DNA of 59,644 bases from Chara braunii (lineage: Eukaryota > Plantae > Charophyceae). The translations under genes and the position numbers were made by a program. The notes beneath the pieces are model-generated. The model was not told the DNA's origin, searched no databases, and worked only from the letters and a program-made list of their open reading frames with translations. Shown here in pieces: positions 11,700-24,700 of this stretch (positions within the stretch are counted from its first letter, which is position 1; each line of letters opens with the position of its first letter). The stretch covers positions 224,206 to 283,849 of the forward strand of contig BFEA01000032.1 in assembly GCA_003427395.1 (NCBI GenBank), in the 5' to 3' direction.

Positions 11700-14690
11700 T
11701 TTTGTAATTATTTATTTGTTGGAAGTATTTGTAAAGCATATTGTAAATACAGAGGTATTTTTTTTTTTTTATAAAGCTTCCGAATGTTGAAATTTGTAAT
11801 AAATATTTGTCCGTAGTCGAATGGACAGTCGCGAAAGTTTTTCAAAGACAATATTCTTATTATTGTTTGTTATGTTTTTATTTATATTTTTTAAATGAAT
11901 GTTTATCAAATGTTGACGTTATTTTAAGTGAATTTGTTTTGTTTTGACTGTATTTGTTATGTGCATAAATAATTGCAATTATATTTTTTTTGGTATATAT
12001 TTGATATTTGGATGTGGATATATTTCTTGCAGTTGGTTTGTTCGTAATTCGTTATGTAATAAAAAATTGTAATATAATATATCTTTTTCAGTGAAGTCAT
12101 TAATATATTGAAATGAATTTGAAAGTAACATATATCGTATCATTAATAGTGTAAATAATTCACAATCAAATTGATTGTATTGATAAGGTTCTTCAATATA
12201 GATTGATTTTTTGTTTCAATAGAAAGTCATCCTTGTATTTTTTTAAAGTATTGTTTTTTTTTTTTTTTTACTATTATAATAAGTTATAAAAGGTTCTTGT
12301 CCAAAATGATGGAAGGTGGATAAAGGTTTATTGTTTAGTCTTATTGCAAGATACTGTTGTGTTGTTGTAAAATCACTAGGTTTCATGCAACATGTATAGA
12401 AAAAATCATCAGCTGTAAGCACTAATTTATAGTTTTGCATTATTAAATTCATATATTTTTATATATTTTCACCATCTAACCATGCAGTTGTGTGAAATAA
12501 AACTGCAATTACTAGAGAATTTAGTATTTCTCTTAGTACTTTATAAGATGTTGTATACGAATGAGAATTGTGATGGGCGTAAGGTACATGTTACAGGTTG
12601 GTTATTTATATATCCTAGTATAAAAAAATTTGATTTTTGTTTATATTTTAAAATTAAAACGGGATAAATATTATAAGGCATATTTGTATTGTCTATAGAA
12701 AGTTTATTGAATAATTGTTCAGAAAGAAGTTGAACAAATGTTATTTTTCGCTGTTGGTTTGGTATTATTACTATAGTATTCGATCCAATATCGTTGACAT
12801 GAGTGAATTTTGTTGATTCATTGAATTGTGTTGAGTGTAAAAAAGCAAACATTCCGTTTGCTATACCTCTTTTCGGATCAATATTTTGTGTGAACATTAT
12901 TGACATTCCTACTATTATATCAATATATAGTGGATATCGATTAAATTTGTTATTTGGAAGTAACATTATAAAGTTTATATCATCGTTAGTTTTATTTTGA
13001 AGTATTTTGCCGAATTTGCTAATATTCGGATTGGGTAATGGTGTTTTGGATGGTTTTGACTTACGTGTTGAGTGTATGCACGAATGAGTACAGTACGTGT
13101 TTCGTTATTTAGAGTAACATATATTGGAGTTATTGTTATTATTTCGTTGTTATATACATATTTGCCTTGTAAAACATTATGTATGCTTTCTTGTTCTTTT
13201 AACCGAATATCTGTAATTCAATTTTTGTTTGAAGAAGTAAAAAACAGTCGTGTATTTGTTGTATTTATAAATATTTTTTTCCATAATATTTTTCTAATAT
13301 TATTACATATTTTTTCCCATTCAGGATCTATTTTAAATCGAATGTTTTTATTCAATATCACTACTACTTAAATAATAACCTCAGCTCATATGCTGCAATA
13401 CTATAAGGTTTGACTGTTAATTGAAGAGATTATTTCTTATATAGTGGAATTCCAAGGACATGTGACATTTGAAAATGATCTCCTAAACAAACGATATCTA
13501 AACCACCAAATGACAAATCAACTTACCGAACTTTTCTGAGTGGGTAATCTATTTGCACAAACATTTCTTTGCCTAGCATACTGACTTCATCTATAAGTAA
13601 TAATGTTAGTTTTGTGTTGAATCGTATAATTGCTTATGTAGTTGTTTGATTATTGACATTTGATTTATCAAGATTGTGCATGTCTATCCAACTATGTAAA
13701 GTTTCTTCCTTCAATTGAAACTGCTGTTTTTTCTGTGAAAGTTGTTTTTGCAATTCTTTTTTCTTTTTTCCAATGTTCACAAGATGTCTCTATTGCATTT
13801 ACTACGTGTGATTTTTTGGTTTCACCTTCTCCAGTAAGGTACATGAGTAATTGTTTTTTTTTAATTTTTTTTCCATTTAATCTAATGATAATATTTCATA
13901 TGTTTCTTAGTCAATTGTTTGTAATTGTCAAGTTGATTACAATGATTTTGCGATTAATGCAATTGTTATTTGTTGTTGTTTTGTAAGTTTAAATTTTGTG
14001 ATAAGTCAGCGACAGATGGATAATCGTTTATACCGTTATTATTGATACATATGTGGTATTATTGGTACATATGGATATTTATACTGTCCTGTACATTTTT
14101 TTTCATATTGTGGGTGTTCTTTGAAAAATTGGGGTTCTTTTGGTGTAGTTGTTCGGTCTGCACGAAAATGTAACTTTGAGAATTCGTACAAACAAATATG
14201 TGATAGTTTTAATGGTTTGTCGACATAATCATCTAGTGGTTTATTAATAAAATATGCATTTTTTAATTTTTTAATTATACAAATGATTTAAGTGTCGTTT
14301 GCTAGTTATTAATTTTTTAAATGAATGACTTTTGTATGCACAACAATGTCGTAAAATATATAGTGCACAAAGCGGTGCAGCGATTTCTTGTTTGTTTGTA
14401 CATTTACGATGAAATTCGTCTTTTGATTTTTGCTTCGCTTGTAAGTTGTTCGTTGTTTTTTTTTTTCATTTTCTCGTCGTATTCGAAAATCGGATGCAGC
14501 AAGAGCAAGAGTTGTATTACTATCGACTTGATGTTGATCTTTCGATATACAACTGATTATATAAAAAACTTTTTCGGCATTCTTATGTCCTCCTGTTAAA
14601 ATTAGGATGTCATGATTTGCTTTGAATGTAGATAATATTATGTTGTTAAAACCATTTGTTTATTCATGACCAAATGCTTGACATATTTGT
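11700..14690 (-). pseudogene. Decayed Helitron-type Rep/PIF1 helicase (RepHel)
   Basis: Minus-strand translations: ANHDIL and FYIISCISK (Rep-like NHDI / YITxYxxK), LDDYVDKPL..CLYEF, degenerate Walker A YLTGEGETKKSH (~13830), LLIDEVSMLG (~13590), FGGLDIVCLGDHFQ (~13490), VGMSIMFTQNIDPKRGIANG (ORF 12541-12966). Many stops and frameshifts. Confidence 0.8.
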
Positions 14691-14693
14691 ATT

Positions 14694-16812
14694 CATATAG
14701 TGAATGAAGAAGGTCTAAGACCAGAAGAAAAGAAGATTACAGCAATCCAAGATTGACCACGACCTAAAACTATAACCGAACTCAGATCTTTCCTAGGACT
14801 TGCTATTTATTATAGGAAGTTCGTCAGAAACTTCTCCTTGATAGCTGCTCCTATGAGAAGACTGCTAAAAAAAGAAAAGTCTTGGTTGTGGGACAACGAT
14901 TGTAAGTCATCGTTTAGGAAGTTAAAACATACTTTGACTCACTACCCTGTCCTAAAGATTGCTGACCCTTCTCTTCCTTTCATTGTCACGACTGACGTAA
15001 GTCAGTATGAGATTGGCGTTGTGCTAGAGCAGGACAACGGTAAGGGATAGACCTATTGAGTTTATGTCCAGATGACTTCCGTCAGAGAAAGTTGCCAACT
15101 CCACATATGAAAGGGAGTTGTACGCCTTAGTCGTTGCACTGGATACTTGGAAGCAATACTTGTTGGGAAGACATTTTACTGTCTACTCTGATCACTCTAC
15201 GTTGAAGTGGATCAAGACTGAGCCTAAGCTCTCCGACAAGTTGGTAAGGTGGTCCGCTTTCCTTTATACCTTTGACTTTGAGGTGAAAACCATCAAAGTT
15301 AAGTCTAACGTGGTTGCGGATGCTCTGTCCAGGCGTGCAGATTTCTTTGGAACGATTGTCTCTTATCTCGATATTGGGAATGAATTGAAGGAACAGATAA
15401 GGAAGGGTTATGAAAATGATTCCATATGGAGTTCTATCATTGAGACTCTTGGAAAGAACCCTGAACTATTCCCAGAGTATCGAATGACTGATGCCTTACT
15501 CTTCTTTATAGACAAAACCGAAGAAAGACTGTGTATTCCTTATCAAGAACCAATTAAGAGTTTGATTATTGGCGAATGCCATGATACGGAAGGTCACTTT
15601 GGTTTCAAGAAGACGTATGCCGATGTAAGAGAACGTTTTGAGTGGAAAGGAATTAAGGAAGATATACTAACGTATGTGCGGGATTGTTTTTTCTGTCAAA
15701 AGAACAAACCCTCACATGAGAATCCAATAGGACTACTGAGACCGATGCCTATTCGAAATGAGTCAGATGAGTCTATCTCTATTGACTTTATGAGTCTCAT
15801 GAAGAGTCGGAATGACAACAATCAAGTGATGGTCATCGTGGATAGATTCTCAAAGTACGCTATGTTCATTCCTTTGCTTAATTAAAACAAAAAAATCATT
15901 GTCTCTGATAGGGATGTTCGGTTCATTAGTCTGCAATGGCCGAAGTTGATGGAAGTCTATGGGACCAGGTTGACCATGTCGTCAGACAGACATCCTGGAA
16001 CGAATGGCCAAACTGAGAAAATGAACCGTCTATGCCAACAACTTCTGCGAATGTATGTCCGACCTGATCAAATTGATTGGGATGAGAACTTGCCCAAAAT
16101 GGTCAGTGCTTACAATAACCATATCCATACTGTCACCGGTAGAACTCCTAACGCACTACATAAGGGTTGGAAGCCTAGGCGTCCCATCGACGCACTGACC
16201 AGAGACCAGATTCAGAAGCTACCCCCAGGTACGCGCGCGTTTGCAGTTCTGTATGAAGAAGACATAAAAAAAGTAAAGGAAAACATTCAAAAGATCCAAT
16301 TACAAATGATTGAACAGGCGAACAAATATCGTCGACCTTCAAAGTTTCAAGAAGGGGATTTTGTTTGGGTCAAATCCAAAGAGTTCTCCTTAGAAGAGAA
16401 TGTGTCTCAGAAACTGCTACCTGTCTATTACGGACCTTGGGAGGTTCTTAAAGTAATTGGCGATTCAGATGGACCTTCGTATCGCATTGATGTACCCCCA
16501 CACCTACGGACATACCCTGTCTTTCACGCGTCTAAACTGCTGCCTTATATAGAAAGTGACAACTTTCCTAATAGACCGTCAATGTTCCCACCTTCTATGA
16601 ATGGAGGCTACGAAGTTAAGAAAATATTAGAACATGGTTATTTCTCTATAGGTGGCAGAGGACGACCGCAGAAGCAGTACAAGGTGAAGTTCAAGTCTCA
16701 ACCTCCATCTGAAGCCAGATGGTTTAGTCGGAAAGAACTCCTACCTACTACTCCTGACATTGTTGTTGCATATGAACGTGGGTTAGGATGTAAATTGTTG
16801 TATTTTTTGTAA
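14694..16812 (+). pseudogene. pol: Ty3/gypsy (chromovirus) pol remnant: RT thumb/connection, RNase H, integrase, chromodomain
   Basis: LRSFLGLAIYYRK, VTTDVSQYEIGVVLEQ, YSDH, NVVADALSR; integrase zinc finger CHDTEGHFG..CFFCQ; ISIDF..VDRFSK; HPGTNGQTE; YYGPW..PVFHASKL; chromodomain YEVKKILEH..YKVKF..EARW. In-frame stops (e.g. ~14754, 15048) and a deletion near 15885. Confidence 0.95.
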
Positions 16813-17297
16813 TGAAACTCGAAAACTGGGACGGCAGGAATGCAATACCCCATGCCATATGCCTCGTGGAAATCTGAGGGCCGACCTGACCGCCCTCAGC
16901 CAGGCCAAAAACGAGGTAAGAGACCCCACACAGGGATTCAGGGCTTAGGTGTGCCACAGTTGACAAAAGTTGACGCGACCCCAACAATCAAAGTTGTATT
17001 TTCTGTGATGGAACTCAAAAACTGGGACGGCTGGAATGCAATACCCCATGCCGTATGCCTCGTGGAAATCTGAGGGCCGACCTGACCGCCCTCAGCCAGC
17101 CCAAAAACGAGGTAAGGGACCCCACACAGGGATTCAGGGCCTGGGCGTGCCACAATTGATTTTTGTCAACTGTCGCGACCCCAACAATCAAAGTCCAAAG
17201 GTACCTAGTCCAGGCCACCGGTCAAGCACACACACTTGTTTGCATGCAGGTACCCAGACAACATCAAGTCCACGGGGAAATTCTGCAAATGTACAAT
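16808..17297 (+). mobile_element. Truncated 3' LTR of the chromovirus with ~197-bp tandem duplication of its start
   Basis: Begins tgtaatgaaactc at the end of pol, is repeated at ~17004 (tgtgatggaactc), and matches the inverted copy at 7376-7636. Confidence 0.65.
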
Positions 17298-18454
17298 GCG
17301 TTGTTTTGTCACACTTTCATTAGCCACAGACACAAACAGACACTACTATGGGAAGAAACCACACAAACGTACGACACTTTTTTTTCCCCCAACAAGAAGT
17401 GCAATGTTCAACAATTGGTCAATAAATTTCCAACAAATTTTCAACAAGTTTTCAACAAATGAACCAATAGTTGGACACACTATATTCTGTTTACGACATC
17501 TGTGATCAGCGTTGAATTCCTTTAATTCTGGTGGACCACATGACACCTCCCCCGCCAAACAGTTTATCAACACAGTTCCAATGGTTTATAAATGGGGGCC
17601 ACATGTGATAATCCTACCCCAAAAATTGCCACAATTTTTCTATTGATAGGGTTGCTGCGATGGTGTTGTCGTTGCAACCAAAACTCGATTTCTACTGCGG
17701 TCGTATTGTTGTTTCAGCAGGGTGTTGTAACGATGACCCGGTTACTACAGTTGACCTGCAGTTGCCCCTTTGAAGTTCAAGTTGCGCTTTTGCATGTGTT
17801 TTAAACAGTTGTTGCTGGTACAATTGTTGCTGGCCGGATAGGTGTAGTTGAGGTATTGAGGGTTGTTGCGCACGAGGCCGGAGATACGCTGTGTATTTGA
17901 ACGACGTTGTTGTTGTTGTAATCGAACAAGGAGGAACCACATGTGTTTTTAAATCTCCTGCTGCATTTCTGATTGCTGTTTTTTTTTGTGTGTATATCGA
18001 CTGAACGTTTCGTTATGCACTCGTGCACTTTGTGCACTTATTGTACGCTCACTGTGCAATTGTCACGCACTTAGCGGGCATTCCACGCCACATTCTGGAT
18101 TATCCAGACGTAGGGAAGTTGACCACCAACTTCACTTCGCGCCTTCGGACTTGTATTTTACTACGACTGTGTGTGCTCGTCGCTGTGCTTGCAATGTTTT
18201 TTTTTATGCGTAGTGCAGTATCTCGCTTACAATTCGAATTTCGAATGAAGCACAGAGGGTGTGGTCTATTCAGACACAACCTTTCTAGGTTGTGTAGCGG
18301 CAATTCGGTCAGGAAAAAAACAATGTAACTTGAGGAGGTGATCAGGTTTTGCAAGGGGGTTACTGTTGCAGCTTGGGGATCCGTCAGGAGATCGTTACAC
18401 TAGGTTTTGGTCGTGATTAGGTGGTCTTCCCTACATTTTGGCCACCATTGTGGT

Positions 18455-21400
18455 GTCCTCGTGATGTCAAGGCGCCAAGACGTTCTCCATACGAGTTTGA
18501 GTGAATCTTTTTTTTAATCTTGAGAGACTGACCTTTCTTTCGCTACACTTCTTACTCTCAATTCAGTCTGTTGTTCGGGAGAGGAAGGCGGCAAGTAAGA
18601 TTGCAACCCACAAGACCGCATCAAGACCCTATGGGAGGTCAGCCCACTGATTGCGGAAGCTCTGTGGGAGTCCAGGAGGGGTTCTAGAGGCAGGGAACAG
18701 TTAGGTATAAATTCGTTTTACACATATAATCCCGTAATCCTTCAGTTTTACTACCTTTTTTTTATTGAGACTGTGATTGAAATTACTTACTCATAGCTGT
18801 ATTTTATTTTATTTTATTTCTTATTTCATGTTTGGTTATGAACTGAAGGAAGCGAGATTTGCGTGAAATTCATGTCTTTTATCTATTTAAACTAAAAAAA
18901 AACAAAAGGAGGAAGGCGAGAAAAATACGTTTTGCTTGCGTCGAACCGGTTCAACCAAAGTTTTGACGTACCGAAAAGATGGGGCAGTCCTGGGCTATGT
19001 TTATTTTTTTGTATACTGGATTGTTTGCTTGATCTTCAGAGGTTGTACACATCATGTTTTTTTTTGTTTTTAGGTTTCTAAAGGGAGGATGGGAATATAG
19101 GTTGGGCAATCCAGAATCTCTGCTTTCTTTTGGTTTTTAAAGGAAATGGGTCGACGCGAGCCGTGAAACCTAATTGAAACTGAAGTATACAAATTGATCT
19201 TATATACTTTAAATATATTGATTTAGCAAACTACACGTATCCCTAAGATGAGGCGGTCTAGTCAATGAGTCAGTTAGAAGATAAAGCAAAAAAAAATAAA
19301 TTGGATTATAATATTCATGGTCATCCGAACAGATTGGGCATACCCCTAGGATGGAGCGGTCCAGTCATATGCCCGTAATAACATGAAAAGACAGAGAGTT
19401 AGTACAAAATTGGTTATCTGAATTTAAACATGGTTAAGGCAGGTTTGGGCATACCCCTAGAATGACGTCGTCTAATTGTCTGTCAAAAGAGAGAAGGAAT
19501 TTGTGCATTGCATGTTGAATGTTGTTATTGTTGCGAAAAGTTTAATGTACCCCGAGGATAGGGCAGTCCAGTCATACGTTAGAAAATTGCTACTGGGCAT
19601 ACTAAACGTACCCCTAGGATGAGACGATTTAGTCTTATGCCACAAGTGATTGTTTGGGCGGTCAGGCGCACCCCTAGGATGGGGCGCCCTGGTTATATGC
19701 CTTATGTCATTTTTAGGCAGATACTAGACGTACCCCTAGGATGGGGCGATCTAGTTACCTGTCTTATGTCAATTGTTTAAGCTCGCTAAGCGTACCCCTA
19801 TGATGGGGCGGCTTAGCCGCACGCTTTTGTCGATCGTCTAAACGGGCTTTGCGTACCTCTACGATGAGGTGGTCTAATCATATATTTTATTTAACCCCCT
19901 GGGATGGGGCGGTTTGACCTTATGCCACGGGTAAGGAAAGGGTATAAGAGTTTAATCTAACAGAGAGACAAATGAACTATGTGTTTGATAAATGACTTAA
20001 GGGCTTAGTGAGATATATGATTGTGCTTACTTGTGTATGCTTTGTGGGTTATCTCTTGGGGGCGTTTTTTTTCTTTTTCTTCGATAACTTAGTTGCTTAG
20101 AAGCTCGTCAAGTACTAGAGTCATAGGCAGACTATAATGGACGATGAGAAGGAAAACTTGGAAGAAGATAGGACTGCCCTTACTAAAAGTTATGACTAGT
20201 GCTAATTCGTGAACCAAATTCAAAGAAGAAACGTGTAGATTATCTTTAGTTCGAACTACTGGGTAAGTATCAAAAGTTAGTCTTAAGTGTAGTTGTACTT
20301 TACTTCTGCATTTTCTGCTTTGTATAAATTTTGGCAGCCTTCTTCTTTTACCTGAAGCAGTGCTGAAAGTTTTACAAATCTGAAAACATTTAGTCATTTT
20401 GGAGTTTATAAAACTTTTTGAAGTACATTTTTACTACAAGAAGCGCTACCGTTTTTTTTTTCTGAAATTTGAGGAGTCAGTTCATTTTCTGCTAGGGAAA
20501 GTTTGACAATCCATCCTATATAGGGGAGATGCTGCCAAAAGTTTTGGTTGATACCGATTTTCATAGATGAGCTAGGCTACTGTATGGAGCATGTCCTTCA
20601 TTTATTCTTAAACATAACATTGTTCGTTTAGCCTGTATTGTGATGCCGATTTACACATTCGATGGAAGACTCGATTTGTTCAGCTTGATCATATGAAGCA
20701 TCGCTTTTTTGTTATATTTTAATAGTAGGTCGGTTTATGACACAACTTATCTTCTTCTACATCTCCACCTAAGGCCTTAGCCCCTGTGGGTTTTAATGTT
20801 TCTTAGGATTTTCACCCATACTTCTTTTTTAATGGTAATTTTTAAAGATTGGATGTCTTTATTGTGGGATGTAAAAAATAGTTCGGGCTAAGTGTGCATG
20901 AGTTGCAGGGAACGGTAAAGTGAACTCTCTGTTGTTGTTCAAACTTTGTCTGATCGCATATATACGTGGAAAATTTTATATTATATCTTGATGATTGTCT
21001 GTGTGTTGCGTGTATGATGATGGATAAAACATAATATCTTTGTGAGAGTGATCACCTGACGCTACACAACCTCTTTTTTGTTTGAGTGATTGGACTATTT
21101 TATGTTGTGTGGTTTCTGAGTCCAAGGGCACTCGTGTATATCCGCACATGATACCCACAACGATGTACGCGCATATTTTCGCTATTTGAGTTAGTTGGTC
21201 GGACGTTGGTCTTGAAAACTGAATCTGAGGTCCTTGTTCATGACATTTCAGGTTTCAGTTCAGCACCAATGGATTTCCCCCATGCTCTGAATATTTGCTT
21301 TTCACCCATCGAAATGCTCTACCTAAGGGTTAGAGGGGTCGCGAGGGTTGAACATCTGATCCTTCAACCATTCTATATCGTGAAGTAGATTTCGTTCACA

Positions 21401-22505
21401 ATACTTCATTTATAACACTTGAGTGTCGTGCGCAACTCTAAAGCCCGTGAAGGGTCGAGGGACTATGGGCAACGGGTGAAGGCGTCACCATGACAACTGA
21501 TTGCGAGAGTTCGTATAATTGGATATTGTGGTTTCCCCTCACATCCACAATCACTTTTAAACTTCCTTGTGTGCGCTTCACGTGAAGTTCGCAAGCAAAT
21601 TAAGTTATGGGTCGGAACATTCACAAAGGGAACGAGATGTGAATCAACCACTTTCTTGAACACGGTTGTCGTGGTCGGCACACACGTGTTTAGCATAAGC
21701 TAAGACCTATTAATATTACACGTTCGAACACGCGCGACGAGTTCATTTTCATTGTTTAAAATGAAAATCTTCGTGAAACGGTAGAGTTTGGGGTAGAAGG
21801 CCTAGCGTATTATCGGGGATATGCCAGACAACTCACCACCACTCGAAGTTCCCTTTTGCCCTAAATGCCATCCTACCTTACCCCGCTTTGGGGCACAACA
21901 TAGTGTAGAAGATGGTAGTGTGCTCGGTCTATTTCTGCACTCATTAAGGGATCAACCTTCACCGCGCGCGTCAATTGACACATGAGCGTCTAATTGTGAG
22001 GTCATGTTTCAGAGGGGGGCACATGTTTATTGGCACCACATAGTACTCCATCATACCGACTGCTTATGAATTTGTGCAGCCAATCAATATGACTAAGGTT
22101 TGCGACACGATGAACATTTATGCGAAGTTCAACCCACTATCTTTGCCACTCAAGGGTAAAAACAGTTAAAGGTTGAGCGAAAAAAAATGAATAAACACGA
22201 TTTGCACATAGACTCGAGTTTTAGTTGAAAGATGTATCGCGTGGTTAGAATGGTCGTCCTCCTCAATAGGTGTAGGATCACGTTCGAAAGATCAGCACCT
22301 CGGGCGAAGATTCACTCTCGGGTCTGATTCGGGCGTTAATCACGCCTACCCCCTATGCTACAGTGAATGAGAAATGTCCTCGATCGAGCCACCTCTGCTA
22401 TTGCATACGAAAATGTTTTGCATGTGGTTCGATAGCTCGGCGGGGATACGCCCACCTAAGGGAAGGTGACAACTCCCGTAGGTGGAGGTGAGTTGTACCT
22501 CCCGT
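18455..22505 (+). mobile_element. Element B1 (most diverged copy, 5'-truncated); its 3' tail is displaced to 49973-50118
   Basis: Colinear blocks homologous to B2/B4 (GC block, hairpin array, gaagc..gctgcc repeats, terminal module). agttgtacctc at ~22491 pairs with gaggtacaact at ~50005, so the terminal hairpin is rebuilt across the insertion. Confidence 0.8.
19228..19922 (+). repeat. Array of ~10 bulged hexaloop hairpins (cg-ta-cccc-TAGGAT-gggg-cg core) in B1
   Basis: e.g. actaga-cgta-cccc-taggat-gggg-cga-tctagt and gctaag-cgta-cccc-tatgat-gggg-cgg-cttagc. Spacing ~60-110 bp with distinct spacers. Confidence 0.85.
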
Positions 22506-24019
22506 TGTCGGAGCAAAAATCCTGGTAAGGGTTCCTGCCCAAGTTTCTTAAGATCAGACGTTGTCCGATCTTTTCGTACAATTGAGGGATTTGTGTCGGA
22601 CACTATCTGGCCTTTTTTGTTGGATTGAGAGACTTGACGAGGTTTACGTTGCTAAAGTTTATTCAAACCAACCCTATGACCGAGAAATTTGAATTTTGTT
22701 TTTAAGAACATGACGTCCTTGACGTCCAATTGAAACAGCAGGAGTCGGTGGTACGACCTGTCATCCACGGTGTCTGACAAGGTCGTGGAGGCACTTGGTC
22801 ATGAGCATGTTGAAGCTCGACTTCCTTTACCTAAAAGGTGGCCATGGTCGCACGACTTAGGACCTTAGTAGGCCAGATAGGTGATCGTGCCATCTACGTT
22901 GTCAGTGCGAATACCCTTACAAGGGTATCCGCCCTGTTTTTTTGCAAGGGACAGAAAATAATTTGGTTTAAAGTCTAAGTATACCGCGCTAGGCGCGGCT
23001 GTGTTTGTGATTACGTTGACTCGATGGCCGACTAGAGTAAAGAGTGCGTGGGCGCGCAGGTTTAAGGCGCGCGTGATTCATCCCCTGATGTCAATTACAA
23101 AACCAGCGCGGGCGACGGTCTATTTATTTTTATTTTTTATCCTTAAGTTTTATTTTTGTTTATTGTTGATTAAACTAGGACGTGGGGGATGTTGTTCGTT
23201 GATTGGTACGTTCGCCCGAGACGCGCGCGCGGAGAACGACCTCGAGGACGACTTCGACGACGGTGACGGCGGCAACGGTGTGACTGCGGTAGGTCTTGGC
23301 ACGCGGGGTGGCGCGAATGGCGGCCGTGGTACAGCTTGGTAACTCTGCGCAGACGCTGGGCAGTTGCGCGCACGGTTATAGGCAGGGAGGAGGCTCGGGC
23401 CAATTTCCCTGGCCCCGAGCGCAGCGCCGCACCGCCTCATATAGCACTCCACAGATGTGGGTCCCAGGCTTGGGCTTAGCCTTATAGGTTACGACATTGG
23501 ACTTACACTACGGAGGTTTGGGGATCGAGGTTGGCAAGCTTCGATGCAGCGGCAACGGAGCATCGAGGAGGAAGCTGATGGGGTTGAGGGTCGTGGGGCT
23601 GTCCCCCTCGGTTTTGATGGTGGTTGCGTTTTCTGAATGATTTTATTGCTATTGTCGTATTTTTTTTTATATACCCCTGGCAGGCCGTTGATTTGGACGA
23701 AATGCCGGACCTAATGACCATCACGATGGTCGAGGACCTTGAGTGCGTGCCCCGTTTGTAGGGTTCGTAGGACTGGGGCGTTGGCGGAAATCCTACCGTG
23801 CCGCTACCAAAGGAGCGTGGCCTGGTCAAAAACCTGAGTTAAAGCTCTACTTGGAGGCCTAGGGTTGTGCGGCGCAGGGGAGGCAACGCAACGGCCCCCA
23901 ATTTCGTTTACTGTTTATGTTTTTGTTTTAATTTTTATTTTTATTATTTTACCGTTGCAGTAATTGGGGGTCATGAGCATGCGCCTCTTTTGACGGACCG
24001 ATGGATTCCTCCGTATTCG

Positions 24020-24208
24020 GGATGCCGTCGAAATTCCTTTATTCCACCCGCCTTGAAAAATATGGACCAGGAATTTTACATGCATACAAGTCGGTGGGTG
24101 ATTAGCCCACGAGACGGAAGGAACCTGAGTGGTGGGAACGTCGGCGGATGCATCATCCGCCAACCACGATCTGCTGTGTGAGGTTTGGGTGTGAGTATGC
24201 CCGCGGGG
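24020..24208 (+). pseudogene. Degenerate 25S/28S rRNA fragment (end of D2 through D3 region)
   Basis: acccgccttgaaaaatatggaccaggaattttacatg.. resembles the conserved LSU ACCCGTCTTGAAACACGGACCAAGGAGTCTxACATG. It continues to gggtgtgagtatgccc, which is partly repeated at 24357-24392 (..ccgaaaga). Confidence 0.75.
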
Positions 24209-24411
24209 TTTTCCCCTGTATCGGGCTTCAAGGCTCTCATTTGAAAAAGTTACTACGGCCATCAAGATTTGCGTCGAGCCCGCCACCACTTTGGCCCACG
24301 TTTCAGGCAGGGTAGCAAGACCGCGCTTTGATTCCGCGGTCTGCTGCTAAAGGGGCGGGTGTGAGTATGCCCGTTGGGGGCGCCGAAAGACAGCACAGGC
24401 AGGTGGGTTGA

Positions 24412-24429
24412 GTCCTTCGGGACGTCCGT

Positions 24430-24461
<32 letters not shown>

Positions 24462-24492
24462 TGCCCCTGCACAAGGATGATACGTATAAATT
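24412..24492 (+). pseudogene. U6: U6 snRNA copy (3'-truncated) inside B2
   Basis: gtccttcgggac..aaaattggaacgatacagagaagattagcattgcccctgcacaaggatga closely matches plant U6, including the ACAGAG box and ISL. No USE/TATA context and no U-tail. Confidence 0.93.
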
Positions 24493-24591
24493 GGGGGCGG
24501 GGCTGAAAAGTCGAGCTTTCTGAGAAAAGGGGTACTCTCCGACTGTGGGCAGGACGCGGAGTGCTACGGTAGCGGGCGTTGGGGTTGTGGA

Positions 24592-24700
24592 GCGAGGCCA
24601 GAGGAAACTCTGGCGGAAGCTCGCAACGATACAGACGTGTAAATCGTTCGTCGGACTTGGGTATAGGGACGAAAGACTAAACGAATTGTCTAACAGTGGT
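24592..24700 (+). pseudogene. 25S/28S rRNA fragment
   Basis: gccagaggaaactctgg..gacgtgtaaatcgttcgtcggacttgggtatagggacgaaagactaa matches the conserved LSU GCCAGAGGAAACTCTGG..GCAAATCGTTCGTC..GGGTATAGGGGCGAAAGACTAATCGAAC. Confidence 0.9.

Noticed and set aside
17341-17470. CACTA transposon end (cactactatg.. plus caacaa repeats)
   Set aside because: No matching second terminus or TSD found.
22240-22295. tRNA-like A/B boxes (tggttagaatgg..gttcgaa)
   Set aside because: No cloverleaf stems could be formed.
24412-24492. Functional U6 gene
   Set aside because: 3' end missing, ISL substitutions, no upstream USE/TATA, and embedded in a repeat.
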